This document shows positions 29,353 through 40,944 of a DNA stretch of 64,000 nucleotides, piece after piece. The stretch is from Spirochaetia bacterium (lineage in GTDB: Bacteria > Spirochaetota > Spirochaetia > SZUA-6 > Bin103). The stretch lies in contig CBDBOV010000001.1 of NCBI GenBank assembly GCA_965208575.1, positions 224,001-288,000 on the forward strand, given 5' to 3'. The position numbers were made by a program, and so were the translations under genes. The first letter of the stretch is position 1, and every line of letters begins with the position of its first letter. The notes under the pieces were generated by a model that saw only the letters and a list, made by a program, of their open reading frames with translations, did no database searches and was not told where the DNA came from.

Positions 29353-31523
29353 TGGTCACGCTCACCGAGATAGCCGTGGCGTACGGCGAGCAGGTGGTGC
29401 TCGACGACATCAGCCTCACCATCGACCGGGGCGCCCGCATTGCGCTGTGCGGCGCCAATGGCAGCGGCAAGTCGACGCTGATGCGGGTGATTGCCGGCCA
29501 GGCCAGCGCCGACAGCGGGCGGGTCATTGCCAGGCGCGGCGTCAGCATCGCCTACCTGGCGCAGTCGGGGGTGGAGCACGGCGGCCGCACGCTGCGCGAG
29601 GAACTGACGCTGGCGTTCACCCGCGAGCTGGCCGCCGAGCAGGAGCTGCGCCGCATCGAGGAACAGATGGCGGAAACCGGCGTGGGCGGCCGCGATAGCG
29701 CCGACGCCGGCGAGCTGGACCGGCTGCTCGCGCGCTACGGCGAACTCGGCGAACAGGTCGGCCCGGACGGCGCCGCCGACCGCGCCGCGCGCCTGGACCG
29801 CGTCAGCCGCGGCCTCGGCTTCGGCTCCCGCGACATGGACCAGGACACCGCCACCTTCTCCTCCGGCTGGCAGATGCGCATCGCGCTCGCCAGGCTGCTG
29901 CTGGAGGGCTCCGACCTGCTGTTGCTCGACGAGCCGTCCAACTACCTCGATCTCGAGGCGCGGCAGTGGCTGGAGCAGTACCTGCGCTCCTACCGCGGTG
30001 GCTACCTGCTGGTGGCGCACGACCGCATGCTGATGGATCGCACCTGCGACCAGGTGGCGGAGATCTACCGCGGCAAGCTGCGCATCTTCGCCGGCTCGTT
30101 CTCGCACTACCTGGTACGGCGCGAGGCGGAGCTGGAGCAGATGGCGGACGCCTACGAACGCCAGCAGGAGGAGATCGCACGCATGGAGGCGTTCGTACGC
30201 AAGTTCCGCGCCAACTCCTCCAAGGCGCGGCTGGTGCAGAGCCGCATCAAGCTGCTCGACCGGCTGGTGCGCCTGCAGCCGCCGCCGGTGCAGTCGCACA
30301 TCGCGTTCAGCTTCCCGCCGGCGCCGAAGGGGGGCCGGCGCGCGCTCAGCGCCTCCGCCCTGCGCCTCTCCTACGGCGAGCACGAGGTGATTCGCGACCT
30401 GGACCTGGAGCTGGACCGAGGCGACCGGCTCGCGCTGGTGGGCGAAAACGGGGTCGGCAAGTCCACCCTGATGCGCGCCCTGGCCGGCGCCGCGCCGGTC
30501 ACCGGCGGACAGGTAACGCTCGGCACCGGGGTGAGCACCGGCTACTATGCGCAGGATCGCGCCGAGCAGCTTACCGGCTCCGGCAGTGTGCTGGAGTACA
30601 TGGAGGCGGTGGCGCCCACCGACATGGTGCCGCGCGTGCGCAACCTGCTCGGCGCATTCCTGTTCAGCGGCGACGAGGTGTTCAAGCCGCTGTCGGTGCT
30701 CAGCGGCGGCGAGCGCAGCCGGGTGGCGCTGGTGCGCCTGCTGCTGGAGCCGGCCAACCTGCTGCTGCTCGACGAGCCGACCAGCCACCTGGACCTGAGC
30801 GCCATCAGCGTGCTGACACAGGCTCTGCGCAGCTTCGCCGGCACCCTGCTGTTCGCCTCCCACGACGAGTACTTCATCGAACAGCTCGCCACCAAGGTGC
30901 TGGAGGTGACGCGCGACCGCGTGCGCCTGTACCACGGCGGCTGGGACTACTACGCCTGGAAGCGCTCCGGCGAAGACGCCCCGGCGGCAGCCGGCGGCCC
31001 GCCGGACTCCGCGGCGCCCGGCGGACGCACCCAGGGGCCGGCGTCGACTGCGGCGCCGGGGAGCCGCTCAACGCCGTCAGCACCGGCCGCGGGTTCCGCA
31101 TCGGCCGCCGCACTGGCGTCGTCCGCCGCGATCGCCGAGCTGGCGGCGACCGGGGCCGGCGCCCGCGGCCGCGGCACCCCCCGACCGCGCGGCAAGGCGG
31201 CCCGCCGCACCCGCACGGGCCGTGCGCCGGCGGCGAAGCCGGCGCCGGCGGCAGACGAGAGCCGCCGCGGCAAGCGCGGCAAGGCCGGCAAGCCCCGCCA
31301 CCGCCGGCAGGACGCCGGCGCCGCCGTGCAGCGGCGCCAGCGGGAACTGCTGGACGAACTGGACCGCCTGCAGCGCGACGAACAGCGCCTGCAGGCCGAG
31401 CTCAGCGACCCCGCGGTCTACACCGACGGCGCCCGCGTGCGCGCATTGAAGCGCAAGCTCACCGCCAACAGCCGTGCCCAACAGCAAACCACCACCGCAT
31501 GGGAAGAGACGGAACAAGCGTAG
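29352..31523 (+). CDS. ABC-F family ATPase (YheS/Uup-like)
   Basis: Two ABC domains (GANGSGKST...FSSGWQMR...LLLDEP; GENGVGKST...LSGGE...LLLDEPT), no transmembrane segments, C-terminal coiled coil. Confidence 0.92.
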   Translation: MVTLTEIAVAYGEQVVLDDISLTIDRGARIALCGANGSGKSTLMRVIAGQASADSGRVIARRGVSIAYLAQSGVEHGGRTLREELTLAFTRELAAEQELRRIEEQMAETGVGGRDSADAGELDRLLARYGELGEQVGPDGAADRAARLDRVSRGLGFGSRDMDQDTATFSSGWQMRIALARLLLEGSDLLLLDEPSNYLDLEARQWLEQYLRSYRGGYLLVAHDRMLMDRTCDQVAEIYRGKLRIFAGSFSHYLVRREAELEQMADAYERQQEEIARMEAFVRKFRANSSKARLVQSRIKLLDRLVRLQPPPVQSHIAFSFPPAPKGGRRALSASALRLSYGEHEVIRDLDLELDRGDRLALVGENGVGKSTLMRALAGAAPVTGGQVTLGTGVSTGYYAQDRAEQLTGSGSVLEYMEAVAPTDMVPRVRNLLGAFLFSGDEVFKPLSVLSGGERSRVALVRLLLEPANLLLLDEPTSHLDLSAISVLTQALRSFAGTLLFASHDEYFIEQLATKVLEVTRDRVRLYHGGWDYYAWKRSGEDAPAAAGGPPDSAAPGGRTQGPASTAAPGSRSTPSAPAAGSASAAALASSAAIAELAATGAGARGRGTPRPRGKAARRTRTGRAPAAKPAPAADESRRGKRGKAGKPRHRRQDAGAAVQRRQRELLDELDRLQRDEQRLQAELSDPAVYTDGARVRALKRKLTANSRAQQQTTTAWEETEQA

Positions 31524-31716
31524 GCAACGGGATTCGAACCCGGCGTGGACGAATTCCAGGCCGTAGCATGCCGAGGCAAAGTGACGCGGCGGCACGGCGT
31601 GGCCGTACGTGGCGTAGGTACGCTACGTTGACCAAAGTCGTGCACACTCGTTAGAGTGGCAGTGAAATGCGATGTTCCGCTCGTAGCACCAAACAGCGGG
31701 CCGCTGGAGATGGACC

Positions 31717-32037
31717 ATGGATACATTGCGTCTCCACGATGAAGCGCTTCAGAGAGTCCGCGATATTGTCCGAGAGACTCTCGATGGACACTTCCACGGC
31801 AGACTCACTTTCCCGGTAGTTGACGCGACACGTGACCGGCACGACGACGAGGATCGGTATGTCTACATTACGATCGTGATGGATGGCAGCGTGGAGCAAT
31901 TCGGCGATGATGAAGAATGGGCGATCGGGTGGCTGCCAAATCTGCGAGACAAGCTCGTTGACTCCGGCGTTGACGCGTTTCCGTTGCCGTCGCTTATCGA
32001 AAAATCGGAGTGGGAAGAGATGAATGCCGGCAATTGA
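31717..32037 (+). CDS. Small acidic protein, putative antitoxin (possibly nucleotidyltransferase-like fold)
   Basis: 106 aa, lower GC, overlaps the downstream HEPN-like gene. Confidence 0.55.
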   Translation: MDTLRLHDEALQRVRDIVRETLDGHFHGRLTFPVVDATRDRHDDEDRYVYITIVMDGSVEQFGDDEEWAIGWLPNLRDKLVDSGVDAFPLPSLIEKSEWEEMNAGN

Positions 32038-32536
32038 ACCTAATGATCTTTTACGAACATCCGAGAAACTGATAACGCAATACGGGCGCGGAAGGCCATT
32101 GGGGACCCATATCAGACGGTCGGTGAGCACCATCTACTATGCCCTGTTCCACAGCATTGCGGCATCCAACGCGAACATGCTCGCGGGTAACCCGCGAACT
32201 AACCGGTACAGCAATGAAGCTTGGACGCAGGTTTACCGTGCGCTGAGTCATGGGATAGCACGAAATCGATGTGAGTCAAAAAAGGAAATGCTCCGGTTCC
32301 CGATGGAGATACGATTTATTGCGTCTTACTTCTGTTTCTTTCAAGGGCTACGAGAACTCGCCGACTACAACCCCGATTTGATTCACCCGGCATTCTCCTT
32401 TACCGTATCGAATGTAAAGTTCTGGATTCGTGTCGTAACAGCGGCCATCAGGAATTTTGGCCAATTGGAACGCAACAGCCCGAACGCGCTAAACGAATTC
32501 GCAGTCTATTTGCTGTTCAACAAGCGACGAGACTAG
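32024..32536 (+). CDS. HEPN-like domain protein, putative toxin
   Basis: RRSVSTIYYALFH and LRELADY match the HEPN S.aYYa.fH and R..ADY pattern; clearly lower GC than the flanks. Confidence 0.7.
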   Translation: MPAIEPNDLLRTSEKLITQYGRGRPLGTHIRRSVSTIYYALFHSIAASNANMLAGNPRTNRYSNEAWTQVYRALSHGIARNRCESKKEMLRFPMEIRFIASYFCFFQGLRELADYNPDLIHPAFSFTVSNVKFWIRVVTAAIRNFGQLERNSPNALNEFAVYLLFNKRRD

Positions 32537-32599
32537 AATCTTCTTCAGTGCGTATCAGGTTTCGTTTCCGCCCGCAATATCGGATATAATCGGACAGCA

Positions 32600-33952
32600 A
32601 TGGGACCATTCAAGGCGTATGACATTCGGGGGGTGTATGGGGACGAGGTGGACGACACCCTGGCGTATCGGGTGGGGCGCGCGTTTGGCCGGTTTACCGG
32701 CGGCGTCGACGTGCTCGGCGGTTATGATGCGCGCACCCACTCGGGCGAGCTGCTGCGCGCCTTCGCGGCCGGTGCGGCGAGCGCGGGCGGCACGCTGTAC
32801 GACGCCGGGTGCGTGAGCACGCCGGCGCTGCACTGGCTGCAGATGCAGCGCGGGTACGGCGCCGGGGTGATGGCCACGGCGTCGCACAACCCGCCGCGCT
32901 ACCACGGCTTCAAGCTGTTCGACGGCCGCGGCGGCTCGATCGGCTACGCCAGGGGGCTGGCGGAAATCGAGGCCGCGGTGGCCGCCGACGACACCCCGCT
33001 GCCTGCCTCGCTGCCTGCCCCGGCGGCGCTGCCGGCGGCCGCGCTCGACGACTACGTGCGCTTCGCCACCGCCCACGTGCGCCCCGAGGTGCGCGGCATG
33101 AAGGTGGTGATCGACGCCTCGCACGGCTCGGCGGGCGCGCTGGTGCAGGCCGCCGCGGACGCCCTGGGCCTGGACGCCGCCGTGCTGAACGCGGCTCCGG
33201 ACGGTACCTTCCCGGCCCATCCGCCCAACCCGCTGGAGGAGGAGAGCCAGCGCGAGGTGGCGGCGGCGGTGCCCGCGGCCGGCGCCGCGGTCGGCGCTCT
33301 GCTCGACGGCGACGGCGACCGCATCCTGTTCTTCGACGAGACCGGCCGCCCGCTGGAGAGCTCCTTCGCGGGCGCGCTGATCGCCGGCGCCCTGCTGCAG
33401 CGCGCCCCCGGCGCCGCCGTCGTCTACGACCTGGTGTCCTCGCGCGTGTTCCCGGAGGCGATCGCCGCGGCCGGCGGGGTGCCGGTCAAGGCGCGCGTCG
33501 GGTACAGCTTCCTGTATGACGAGATGGTGCGCTCGGGCGCCGTGTACGGCAACGAGACCTCCGGGCACCTGTACTTCCGGGTGCGCGACTCGTTCTACAC
33601 CGAGTCGGCGATCTACGGCCTGGGCGTGCTGCTCAACCTGCTCGTGGAGCGCGCGCGCCCGCTGTCCGAGCTGGCGGCGCCGCTGCGCTCCCGCTACGTG
33701 CAGCAGGAGGAGATCAACATCCGCCTCGACCGGCTGCAGCCGGCCGAGGCGCTGCAGCGCGTGCGCGCGGCGTTTCGCGACGGCGAGCAGGAGGAGCTGG
33801 ACGGGGTCAGCGTGAGCTACGACCGGTTCTGGTTCAACGTGCGCCCGAGCAATACCGAGCCGCTGTTGCGGCTGCGCCTGGAGGCGGTGGACGAAACGGC
33901 GGTCGCGCAGGCCACCGCCCGCATCCTGGAGGTTCTGGAGGCCGGTTCGTGA
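32600..33952 (+). CDS. Phosphomannomutase/phosphoglucomutase
   Basis: FKAYDIRG, TASHNP, DGDGDR and GNETSGH motifs; FNVRPSNTEPLLRL. Confidence 0.93.
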   Translation: MGPFKAYDIRGVYGDEVDDTLAYRVGRAFGRFTGGVDVLGGYDARTHSGELLRAFAAGAASAGGTLYDAGCVSTPALHWLQMQRGYGAGVMATASHNPPRYHGFKLFDGRGGSIGYARGLAEIEAAVAADDTPLPASLPAPAALPAAALDDYVRFATAHVRPEVRGMKVVIDASHGSAGALVQAAADALGLDAAVLNAAPDGTFPAHPPNPLEEESQREVAAAVPAAGAAVGALLDGDGDRILFFDETGRPLESSFAGALIAGALLQRAPGAAVVYDLVSSRVFPEAIAAAGGVPVKARVGYSFLYDEMVRSGAVYGNETSGHLYFRVRDSFYTESAIYGLGVLLNLLVERARPLSELAAPLRSRYVQQEEINIRLDRLQPAEALQRVRAAFRDGEQEELDGVSVSYDRFWFNVRPSNTEPLLRLRLEAVDETAVAQATARILEVLEAGS

Positions 33953-34500
33953 AGCTGCGCTACAACTCGCCCGCGGTGCTCTCCTACGCGCTGCTCGCGG
34001 TGGCGGTGCTGGTGGCCGACTTCTTCTTCCGCGGCCAGGTTTCGCGCACCTTCTTTGCGGCGCCGCCGGTGTTCGACTTCGCCTCCCCGCTGGACTACTT
34101 CCGGCTGGTGTCGCACGTGGCGGGGCACGCCGGCTGGGAGCACCTGGTGGCGAACTTCGCGCTGATCCTGCTGATCGGGCCGATCCTGGAGGAGAAGTAC
34201 GGCACCGGGCCGCTGCTGGCGATGATGCTGGTGACCGCGGTGGTGACCGGCGTGATCAACGTGCTGTTCCTGGACACCGGCCTGCTGGGCGCGAGCGGCA
34301 TCGTGTTCATGATGATCCTCTTGTCGTCGTTCACCAACATCGCCAGCGGCGAGATTCCGCTCACCTTCGTGCTGGTGGTGGTGGTGTACCTGGCGCGCGA
34401 GGTGGTCGGTGCGTTGAACGAGGACAGCGTGGCCCAGTTCGCCCACATCGCCGGCGGCGTGTGCGGCAGCCTGTTCGGGTTCGCGGTGAAGCGCAAGTAG
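33949..34500 (+). CDS. Rhomboid family intramembrane serine protease
   Basis: H...HLVAN, GASG and AHIAGG motifs; multiple transmembrane segments. Confidence 0.9.
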   Translation: MKLRYNSPAVLSYALLAVAVLVADFFFRGQVSRTFFAAPPVFDFASPLDYFRLVSHVAGHAGWEHLVANFALILLIGPILEEKYGTGPLLAMMLVTAVVTGVINVLFLDTGLLGASGIVFMMILLSSFTNIASGEIPLTFVLVVVVYLAREVVGALNEDSVAQFAHIAGGVCGSLFGFAVKRK

Positions 34501-34575
34501 CAGCGCGCGGCTGCGGCGGGCCGGCGGGCGCGAACGGGCGCCGCGCGGTCCGGTTTTCTGCTATCTTTGCACTCC

Positions 34576-35669
<1,094 letters not shown>

Positions 35670-35673
<4 letters not shown>

Positions 35674-36548
35674 CGCTGCAGGCGGCGGCCCCCACGGTGC
35701 GCGGGGCGGTGCTCGCCGGCCGCGACCGGCTGCGCGACGCCGGTGCGGACACTCCCTACCTGGACGCGGTGGTGCTGCTCGCGCATGCGCTCGGGGTGTC
35801 CAAGGAGCGGCTGTTCGCGGCCTATCCCGATCCGTTGCCGGCGGCTGCGCGCGACCGCTTCCGGCGGCTCGTGGCACGGCGCGGAGCCGGTGAGCCGGTG
35901 GCCTATCTGCGCGGCCGCAAGGAATTCTATGGACGCCCGTTCCTGGTCGACCGCTCGGTACTGATCCCGCGCCCGGAGACGGAGCTGCTGGTGGTGGCGG
36001 TGCTGTGCGCCGGCGATCGGCTGGCCGCGGCGCGCGGCGGCGCGGTGGCGCTGCACGACGTGGGCACCGGCTCCGGCGCCATTGCCGTAACGGTGAGCCT
36101 GGAACGGCCCGGCTGGCGGGTCGGCGCCTCCGACGTGTCGCCGGCCGCGGTGGCGGTGGCGGAGCGCAACCGCCACCGCCTGGGCGCCGCCGGCGTGCGC
36201 CTGGAGGTGTGCGACCTGCTGCCCGCGGCGCCGGCGCGCTGGGACCTGGTGGCGGCCAACCTGCCGTACCTGTCGAGCGGCGAGGTGGCCGCGCTGCGCC
36301 GCCGCTGCTGGCCGGAGCCGGAGCTGGCCCTGGACGGCGCCGCCGACGGGCTGGCCCCGAGCCGCCGGCTCATCGACCGCGCGCGGGGCCGCCTGCGGCC
36401 GGGCGGCGCGCTGCTCCTGGAGACCGCCGCCGACCGCGCGGACGAGTTGGCCGGCTACCTGGAGGAGCGCGCCTTCGCACCGGTAACGGTGGAGCGCGAC
36501 CTGGCCGGCCGACCGCGCGTGGTTACCGCGTACCGGGGACCGCGGTGA
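35670..36548 (+). CDS. prmC: Release factor glutamine methyltransferase
   Basis: [31 protein letters not shown] and ANLPY motifs; directly after prfA. Confidence 0.94.
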
Positions 36549-39115
36549 GCCGGACGACGGCGCGCCCAGGTGCGCCCGCATGCGGCGGACGTGCCGGCCC
36601 AGGGCCGAAGCTCGCCGCCCGTTCCGTGGCAACCGGTGACCGGCTGCCGACGCGCCGAGCGCGCGGCCGCGCTGCCGCTGTCGCCGCGCCGGCGGGCAGT
36701 ACTACCGTCACCGGCGTGAGCCCCGGCGCGGCTCCCGTGTCCGGCGCCGCTCCGGCACCGGGTTGCGCCGCGCCCCCAGGCGCGACAACGCGCGCGGCGG
36801 CGGCGTCGGGCGCGGCTGGGCCATCGGCCAAAGCGCGCGGCGCAGCCTTGGCTTCGAGCGACGCCGCTCACGCATCCGGCACCGCGGGAACACTCGGCAC
36901 CGCAGGAGCCGCCGGCACCGCAGGAGCCGCCGGCACCGCGGGAGCCGCCGGCACCGCGGGGGCCACCGCCACGGCTCCTGCCGCCAGAGGCCTGGACCTC
37001 GGTGCCGGGGACGCGGCTGCCGTTGCGCCGCCGAAGGCGCCGGTCGCGGTGCGCGACAGCGGCCCGCATGCCGGCTACCCGCGGGTAACCGCGGCCTCGC
37101 GCCGGCTGGTGAACCGGTTCTGCGAACGGCTCGACGCCGCCGGCGACGAATACGACGACGAGGCGCGGCGCAAGATTGTCGCGGCCGCCCGCTGGGCCAA
37201 CGCGCGCCACTCCGGCCAGTTCCGGGCGTCGGGCGATCCGTTCATCATCCATCCCCTGGAAGTGGCGGCGATTCTGATCGAAACCTGCCTCGACACCACG
37301 ACCGTGGTGGCGGCATTGCTGCACGACGTGGTGGAAGACACCGACTCCACGCCGGAGGAACTCGGCGACACCTTCGGCAGGGAGGTGGCCAACCTGGTGG
37401 AGGGGGTCACCAAGATCTCCATCATCAAGGGGCAGAGCCACTGGGCGCGCGCGGCGGAGTCGATCCGCAAGATGCTGTTCGCGATGGTGCGCGACGTGCG
37501 GGTGATCCTGATCAAGCTCGCCGACAAGCTGCACAACATGCGCACCCTGGAGGCGCTCAACGAGGAGAACCGCGTGCGCATCGCGCGCGAGTGCATGGAC
37601 ATCTACTGCCCGCTGGCGGGGCGGCTGGGCCTGTACCGGATCCGCACCGAGCTGGAGGACCTGGCGATGAAGTACCTCCACCCGCGCGTGTACGAACATC
37701 TGAAGGAATTCGTGGCCGCGACCCGGGCGGAGCGCGACGCCCTGCTGGAGCAGATCACCGAGCAGATCACGGAGGCGGCGCAGGGGCGCAACCTGCACCT
37801 GCGCGTGGAGAGCCGCGCCAAGCACTTCTACTCCATCTACCAGAAGATGAAGGAGCGCGGGCACGCCGCCGACGAGATCTACGACCTGCTCGGAGTGCGC
37901 ATCGTGTGCTCCTCCACCCACGAATGCTACGAGATTCTGGGCCTGGTGCATCAACTGTGGAAGCCGATCGAGGGGCGCTTCAAGGACTACATCGCGATGC
38001 CCAAGTCGAACCGGTACCAGAGCCTGCACACCACGGTGATGGGGCCGGGCGGGGCGACCATCGAGATTCAGATCCGCAGCAGCGAGATGCACGAGACCGC
38101 CGAGAACGGCATCGCGGCCCACTGGCTGTACAAGTCGCGGCGCAACGGCGATACCTCCACCGTGACGCGCGAGTTGTCGATCATCAACAAGCTGCGCGAC
38201 TGGCAGGGGGCGCAGGCCGCCTCCACCGACTTTCTGAGCGAGATCAAGCTCGAGCTGCTGCGTGACTCGATCTACGTGTTCACGCCCAAGGGCGACATCA
38301 TCGAGTTGCCGCGCGGATCCACGCCGATCGACTTCGCCTATCATATCCATACGGAAATCGGCAACCGCTGCCTGGCGGCGAAGGCGAACGGCTCCATCGT
38401 GGCGCTGTCCGCGGAACTGAAGAACACCCAGGTCATTCAGATCATTACCAACGCGCGCGCGCGACCGCACGTCGGCTGGCTGCGGTCGGTGAAGACCTCG
38501 CGTGCGCGGCAGAAGATTCGCCACTGGCTGACGCAGGAAAACCCCGACCTGATCATCCAGCGCAACATCGTGGCGCAACCGGCGCGGCCGCCGGCGCCGC
38601 CTCGCCCGCGCCCGGCGGAGCGCAAGCCGGAAGCGGCGCCGGCGCCGCGGCCCGACGTCGACGACGCGGCGTGGCGGGTGGGGCTGGCGCAAGGCAACGA
38701 CGCCGGCCTGCTGATCCAGTTGGCGCGCTGTTGCCGGCCCAAGCCGTCCGACGAGATTGTCGGCTACGTGTCGCGTGGGCGCGGCATCATCGTGCACCGG
38801 GCGCGCTGCGCCAACGCAAGCAACATCCGCGACTTCCACGAGCGCGCGGTGGAGGTGGCGTGGGAGACGCCGGACCCGCGGCAGAGCTACAGCTTCTCGG
38901 TAACCGCGGAGCCGGATGCGCGCCTCTACTCGGAGATCGAACGGATCATCCACAAGGACGGCGGCAAGCTGCTGTCGGGCAAGCTGGAGGAGAACGCGGA
39001 GGCGAACCTGACTGGGCGCTTCACGATCGAGGTCAACAGCCGGCGCGACTACGGGCGCGTGGTCAAGCACCTGAAGAGCCTGGACGCGGTCAAGTCGCTG
39101 CACCGCCTGAGTTGA
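36545..39115 (+). CDS. relA: Bifunctional (p)ppGpp synthetase/hydrolase with a low-complexity N-terminal extension
   Basis: HSGQFRASGDPFIIHP, LLHDVVED, IKLADKLHNMRTL, FKDYIAMPK.N.YQSLHT and TGS (VFTPKG) motifs. The start is uncertain; GTG 36545 overlaps the prmC stop. Confidence 0.92.
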   Translation: MSRTTARPGAPACGGRAGPGPKLAARSVATGDRLPTRRARGRAAAVAAPAGSTTVTGVSPGAAPVSGAAPAPGCAAPPGATTRAAAASGAAGPSAKARGAALASSDAAHASGTAGTLGTAGAAGTAGAAGTAGAAGTAGATATAPAARGLDLGAGDAAAVAPPKAPVAVRDSGPHAGYPRVTAASRRLVNRFCERLDAAGDEYDDEARRKIVAAARWANARHSGQFRASGDPFIIHPLEVAAILIETCLDTTTVVAALLHDVVEDTDSTPEELGDTFGREVANLVEGVTKISIIKGQSHWARAAESIRKMLFAMVRDVRVILIKLADKLHNMRTLEALNEENRVRIARECMDIYCPLAGRLGLYRIRTELEDLAMKYLHPRVYEHLKEFVAATRAERDALLEQITEQITEAAQGRNLHLRVESRAKHFYSIYQKMKERGHAADEIYDLLGVRIVCSSTHECYEILGLVHQLWKPIEGRFKDYIAMPKSNRYQSLHTTVMGPGGATIEIQIRSSEMHETAENGIAAHWLYKSRRNGDTSTVTRELSIINKLRDWQGAQAASTDFLSEIKLELLRDSIYVFTPKGDIIELPRGSTPIDFAYHIHTEIGNRCLAAKANGSIVALSAELKNTQVIQIITNARARPHVGWLRSVKTSRARQKIRHWLTQENPDLIIQRNIVAQPARPPAPPRPRPAERKPEAAPAPRPDVDDAAWRVGLAQGNDAGLLIQLARCCRPKPSDEIVGYVSRGRGIIVHRARCANASNIRDFHERAVEVAWETPDPRQSYSFSVTAEPDARLYSEIERIIHKDGGKLLSGKLEENAEANLTGRFTIEVNSRRDYGRVVKHLKSLDAVKSLHRLS
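36878..36967. repeat. 18-bp tandem repeat, 5 copies (GTAGAA)
   Basis: ggcaccgc(a/g)ggagccgcc units within the relA N-terminal extension. Confidence 0.85.
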
Positions 39116-40133
39116 CGCGGGCCGCGGCCGCGCAGCGGCGGGGGGCAGGCGTGCGGCGCAGCCAGCCGTGGTCCAGGTACCACCGCGCGGTGAGGGCGAT
39201 GGCGTCGCGGGTGGCGAGCCGCGGGCGGTAGCCGAGCTGCGCGGCGATGCGGGAGGTGGCCAGGAGCCAGGCCGGTTGCGCGATTTCGCGCAGCTTGTCG
39301 CGGCTCAGCAGCAGGTCGCGGCGCAACAGGCGGCCGGCGGCGGCCAGGGGCAGGCCGGCGACGGTGAGCGCCGCCCGCGGCACCGGTACGCGCACGGCGC
39401 GGCGTCCGTATGCCTCCGCGATCCAGCGCGCGACGGTATTCATGGTGAGCACGCCGTGGTCGGCGACGTGGTAGACGCGCTGGCCGGAGGGCTGCGGGCG
39501 GTCGAGGGCGAGCAGGAGCGCATCCACCAGGTTGCCGACGTACACCATGCTCAGCCGGCTGGCGGGCACCAGTTCCGGGCGCAGGCCGCCGTGCACGAGC
39601 CGGAAGTAGGCGAAGATGTCGCGGTCGCCGGGGCCGTATACCGACGGCGGGCGCACCACCGTCACCGGCAGCCGTGGATGGCGCAGGCGCACGCGCTCGG
39701 CGGCCAGCTTGCTGCGCCCGTACGCGGTAACCGGCGCCGGCGGATCGTCCTCGCGGCGCGGGCGGCGCGGGGAGGACGGCCCTGCCGCCGCCTGGCTGCT
39801 GACGATGATGAGCTGTTGCAGGGCCGGTGCGGCGCGCGCGGCAGCAGCACACAGCGCCGCGGTGCCGCCGCGGTTCACCTCGTGCAGGGCGCGCGGCGTC
39901 CAGGAGCGGGTCAGCCCGGCCAGGTGCACCACGGCATCGGCGCCGCGCAACAGGCGTTCGAGCGCGGCGCGGTCGGCCAGGTGCGGCGCCACGATCGGCT
40001 GTGCGGCGGCGGGCAGCGCGGCGCGGTCGCTGGTGGGGCGCAGCAGGCAGCGCACCGCGTCGCCGCGCGCGGCCAGCGCCGCTGCCAGGTGGGAGCCGAT
40101 GAACCCGGTGCCGCCGGTAACCGCTACCCGCAT
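39090..40133 (-). CDS. NAD-dependent epimerase/dehydratase (extended SDR)
   Basis: VTGGTGFIG, YGRSK and RPPSVYGPGD motifs. Confidence 0.9.
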   Translation of the reverse strand: MRVAVTGGTGFIGSHLAAALAARGDAVRCLLRPTSDRAALPAAAQPIVAPHLADRAALERLLRGADAVVHLAGLTRSWTPRALHEVNRGGTAALCAAAARAAPALQQLIIVSSQAAAGPSSPRRPRREDDPPAPVTAYGRSKLAAERVRLRHPRLPVTVVRPPSVYGPGDRDIFAYFRLVHGGLRPELVPASRLSMVYVGNLVDALLLALDRPQPSGQRVYHVADHGVLTMNTVARWIAEAYGRRAVRVPVPRAALTVAGLPLAAAGRLLRRDLLLSRDKLREIAQPAWLLATSRIAAQLGYRPRLATRDAIALTARWYLDHGWLRRTPAPRRCAAAARVNSGGAAT

Positions 40134-40492
40134 CGCGGTCCGCCCGGCGGCAACCCTCGGCGGCGCAGGCCGGGCCGCCGCGGTGCGCAAGGCAGGCGGT
40201 ACCGCCGCGCGACCGGACCGGTCCGCACCCGGTGGCATGCCGGCACCGACGAGGCGTGCGAAGGCAAGCGCAAACCTGCGGTCCCGAAACCGAACGGACA
40301 GGCCCGCAACGGGTGGCCAGGCGCTCCGGCGCGCCACCACCCCGGCGGCCGCTTGACGGCGTGCAGCCGTGCGCCGGGCGCCCGCACGGCGCCATGTCCG
40401 GACCGGTCGGCGCTCACGCCGCCGTCAATCGCCGATCGTGATCAACGGTACGCGGGCGGGGGTGGCGAGAGTGTGCGGTCCGCGCCCTTCGT

Positions 40493-40918
40493 TCAACGGT
40501 TGGCGGGCCCGGCGGCCGCGGGCCCGGCGTGCGTGGGGACTGCGTGCTCGTACCACTCGGGGCCTTCCTCGCCCGGTTCGGGCAGCACGTGGCCGCCCTC
40601 CATCGACCAGGATGCGGGGCCCTCGGTGATGCGGCCGCCCAACTGGTGGTCGGGCACGCCGGTGACATCCTGGAAGGCGCGCATCAACTCGCCGAGCAGG
40701 CGCTCCTTCAGTTCGGGCGGGCGGCCGGCCCTGTTGCCGCCGTCGATGTAGTAGGGTTCGGCGAATTCGCCGGTGTCGTCCGCGGCGAACGTCACGTGCA
40801 CGAAGCTGCGCGGTGCGCCGGTCATGCCGCAGTGGACGTCGGTAATCGCCTTGGCGACCCGCTGTCGCTGGTCGAACGGGATCGCGTCCTTCGGGACGAC
40901 GCAACGGTAATATGGCAC
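40493..40918 (-). CDS. Tautomerase superfamily protein (cis-CaaD-like, Pro-1)
   Basis: GTG-CCA start after a GAGGAG RBS; AITDVHC..TGAPRSFVHVTF, RAGR and MEGGHVLPEPGEE motifs. Confidence 0.8.
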   Translation of the reverse strand: MPYYRCVVPKDAIPFDQRQRVAKAITDVHCGMTGAPRSFVHVTFAADDTGEFAEPYYIDGGNRAGRPPELKERLLGELMRAFQDVTGVPDHQLGGRITEGPASWSMEGGHVLPEPGEEGPEWYEHAVPTHAGPAAAGPANR

Positions 40919-40944
40919 TTTGAACTCTCCTCTTCGGTCGCCTG

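Noticed and set aside
31528-31542. tRNA T-arm-like CGGGTTCGAATCCCG (minus strand) at the edge of the low-GC islet
   Set aside because: No acceptor, D or anticodon arm and no partner att repeat found; too short to call a tRNA or att site.
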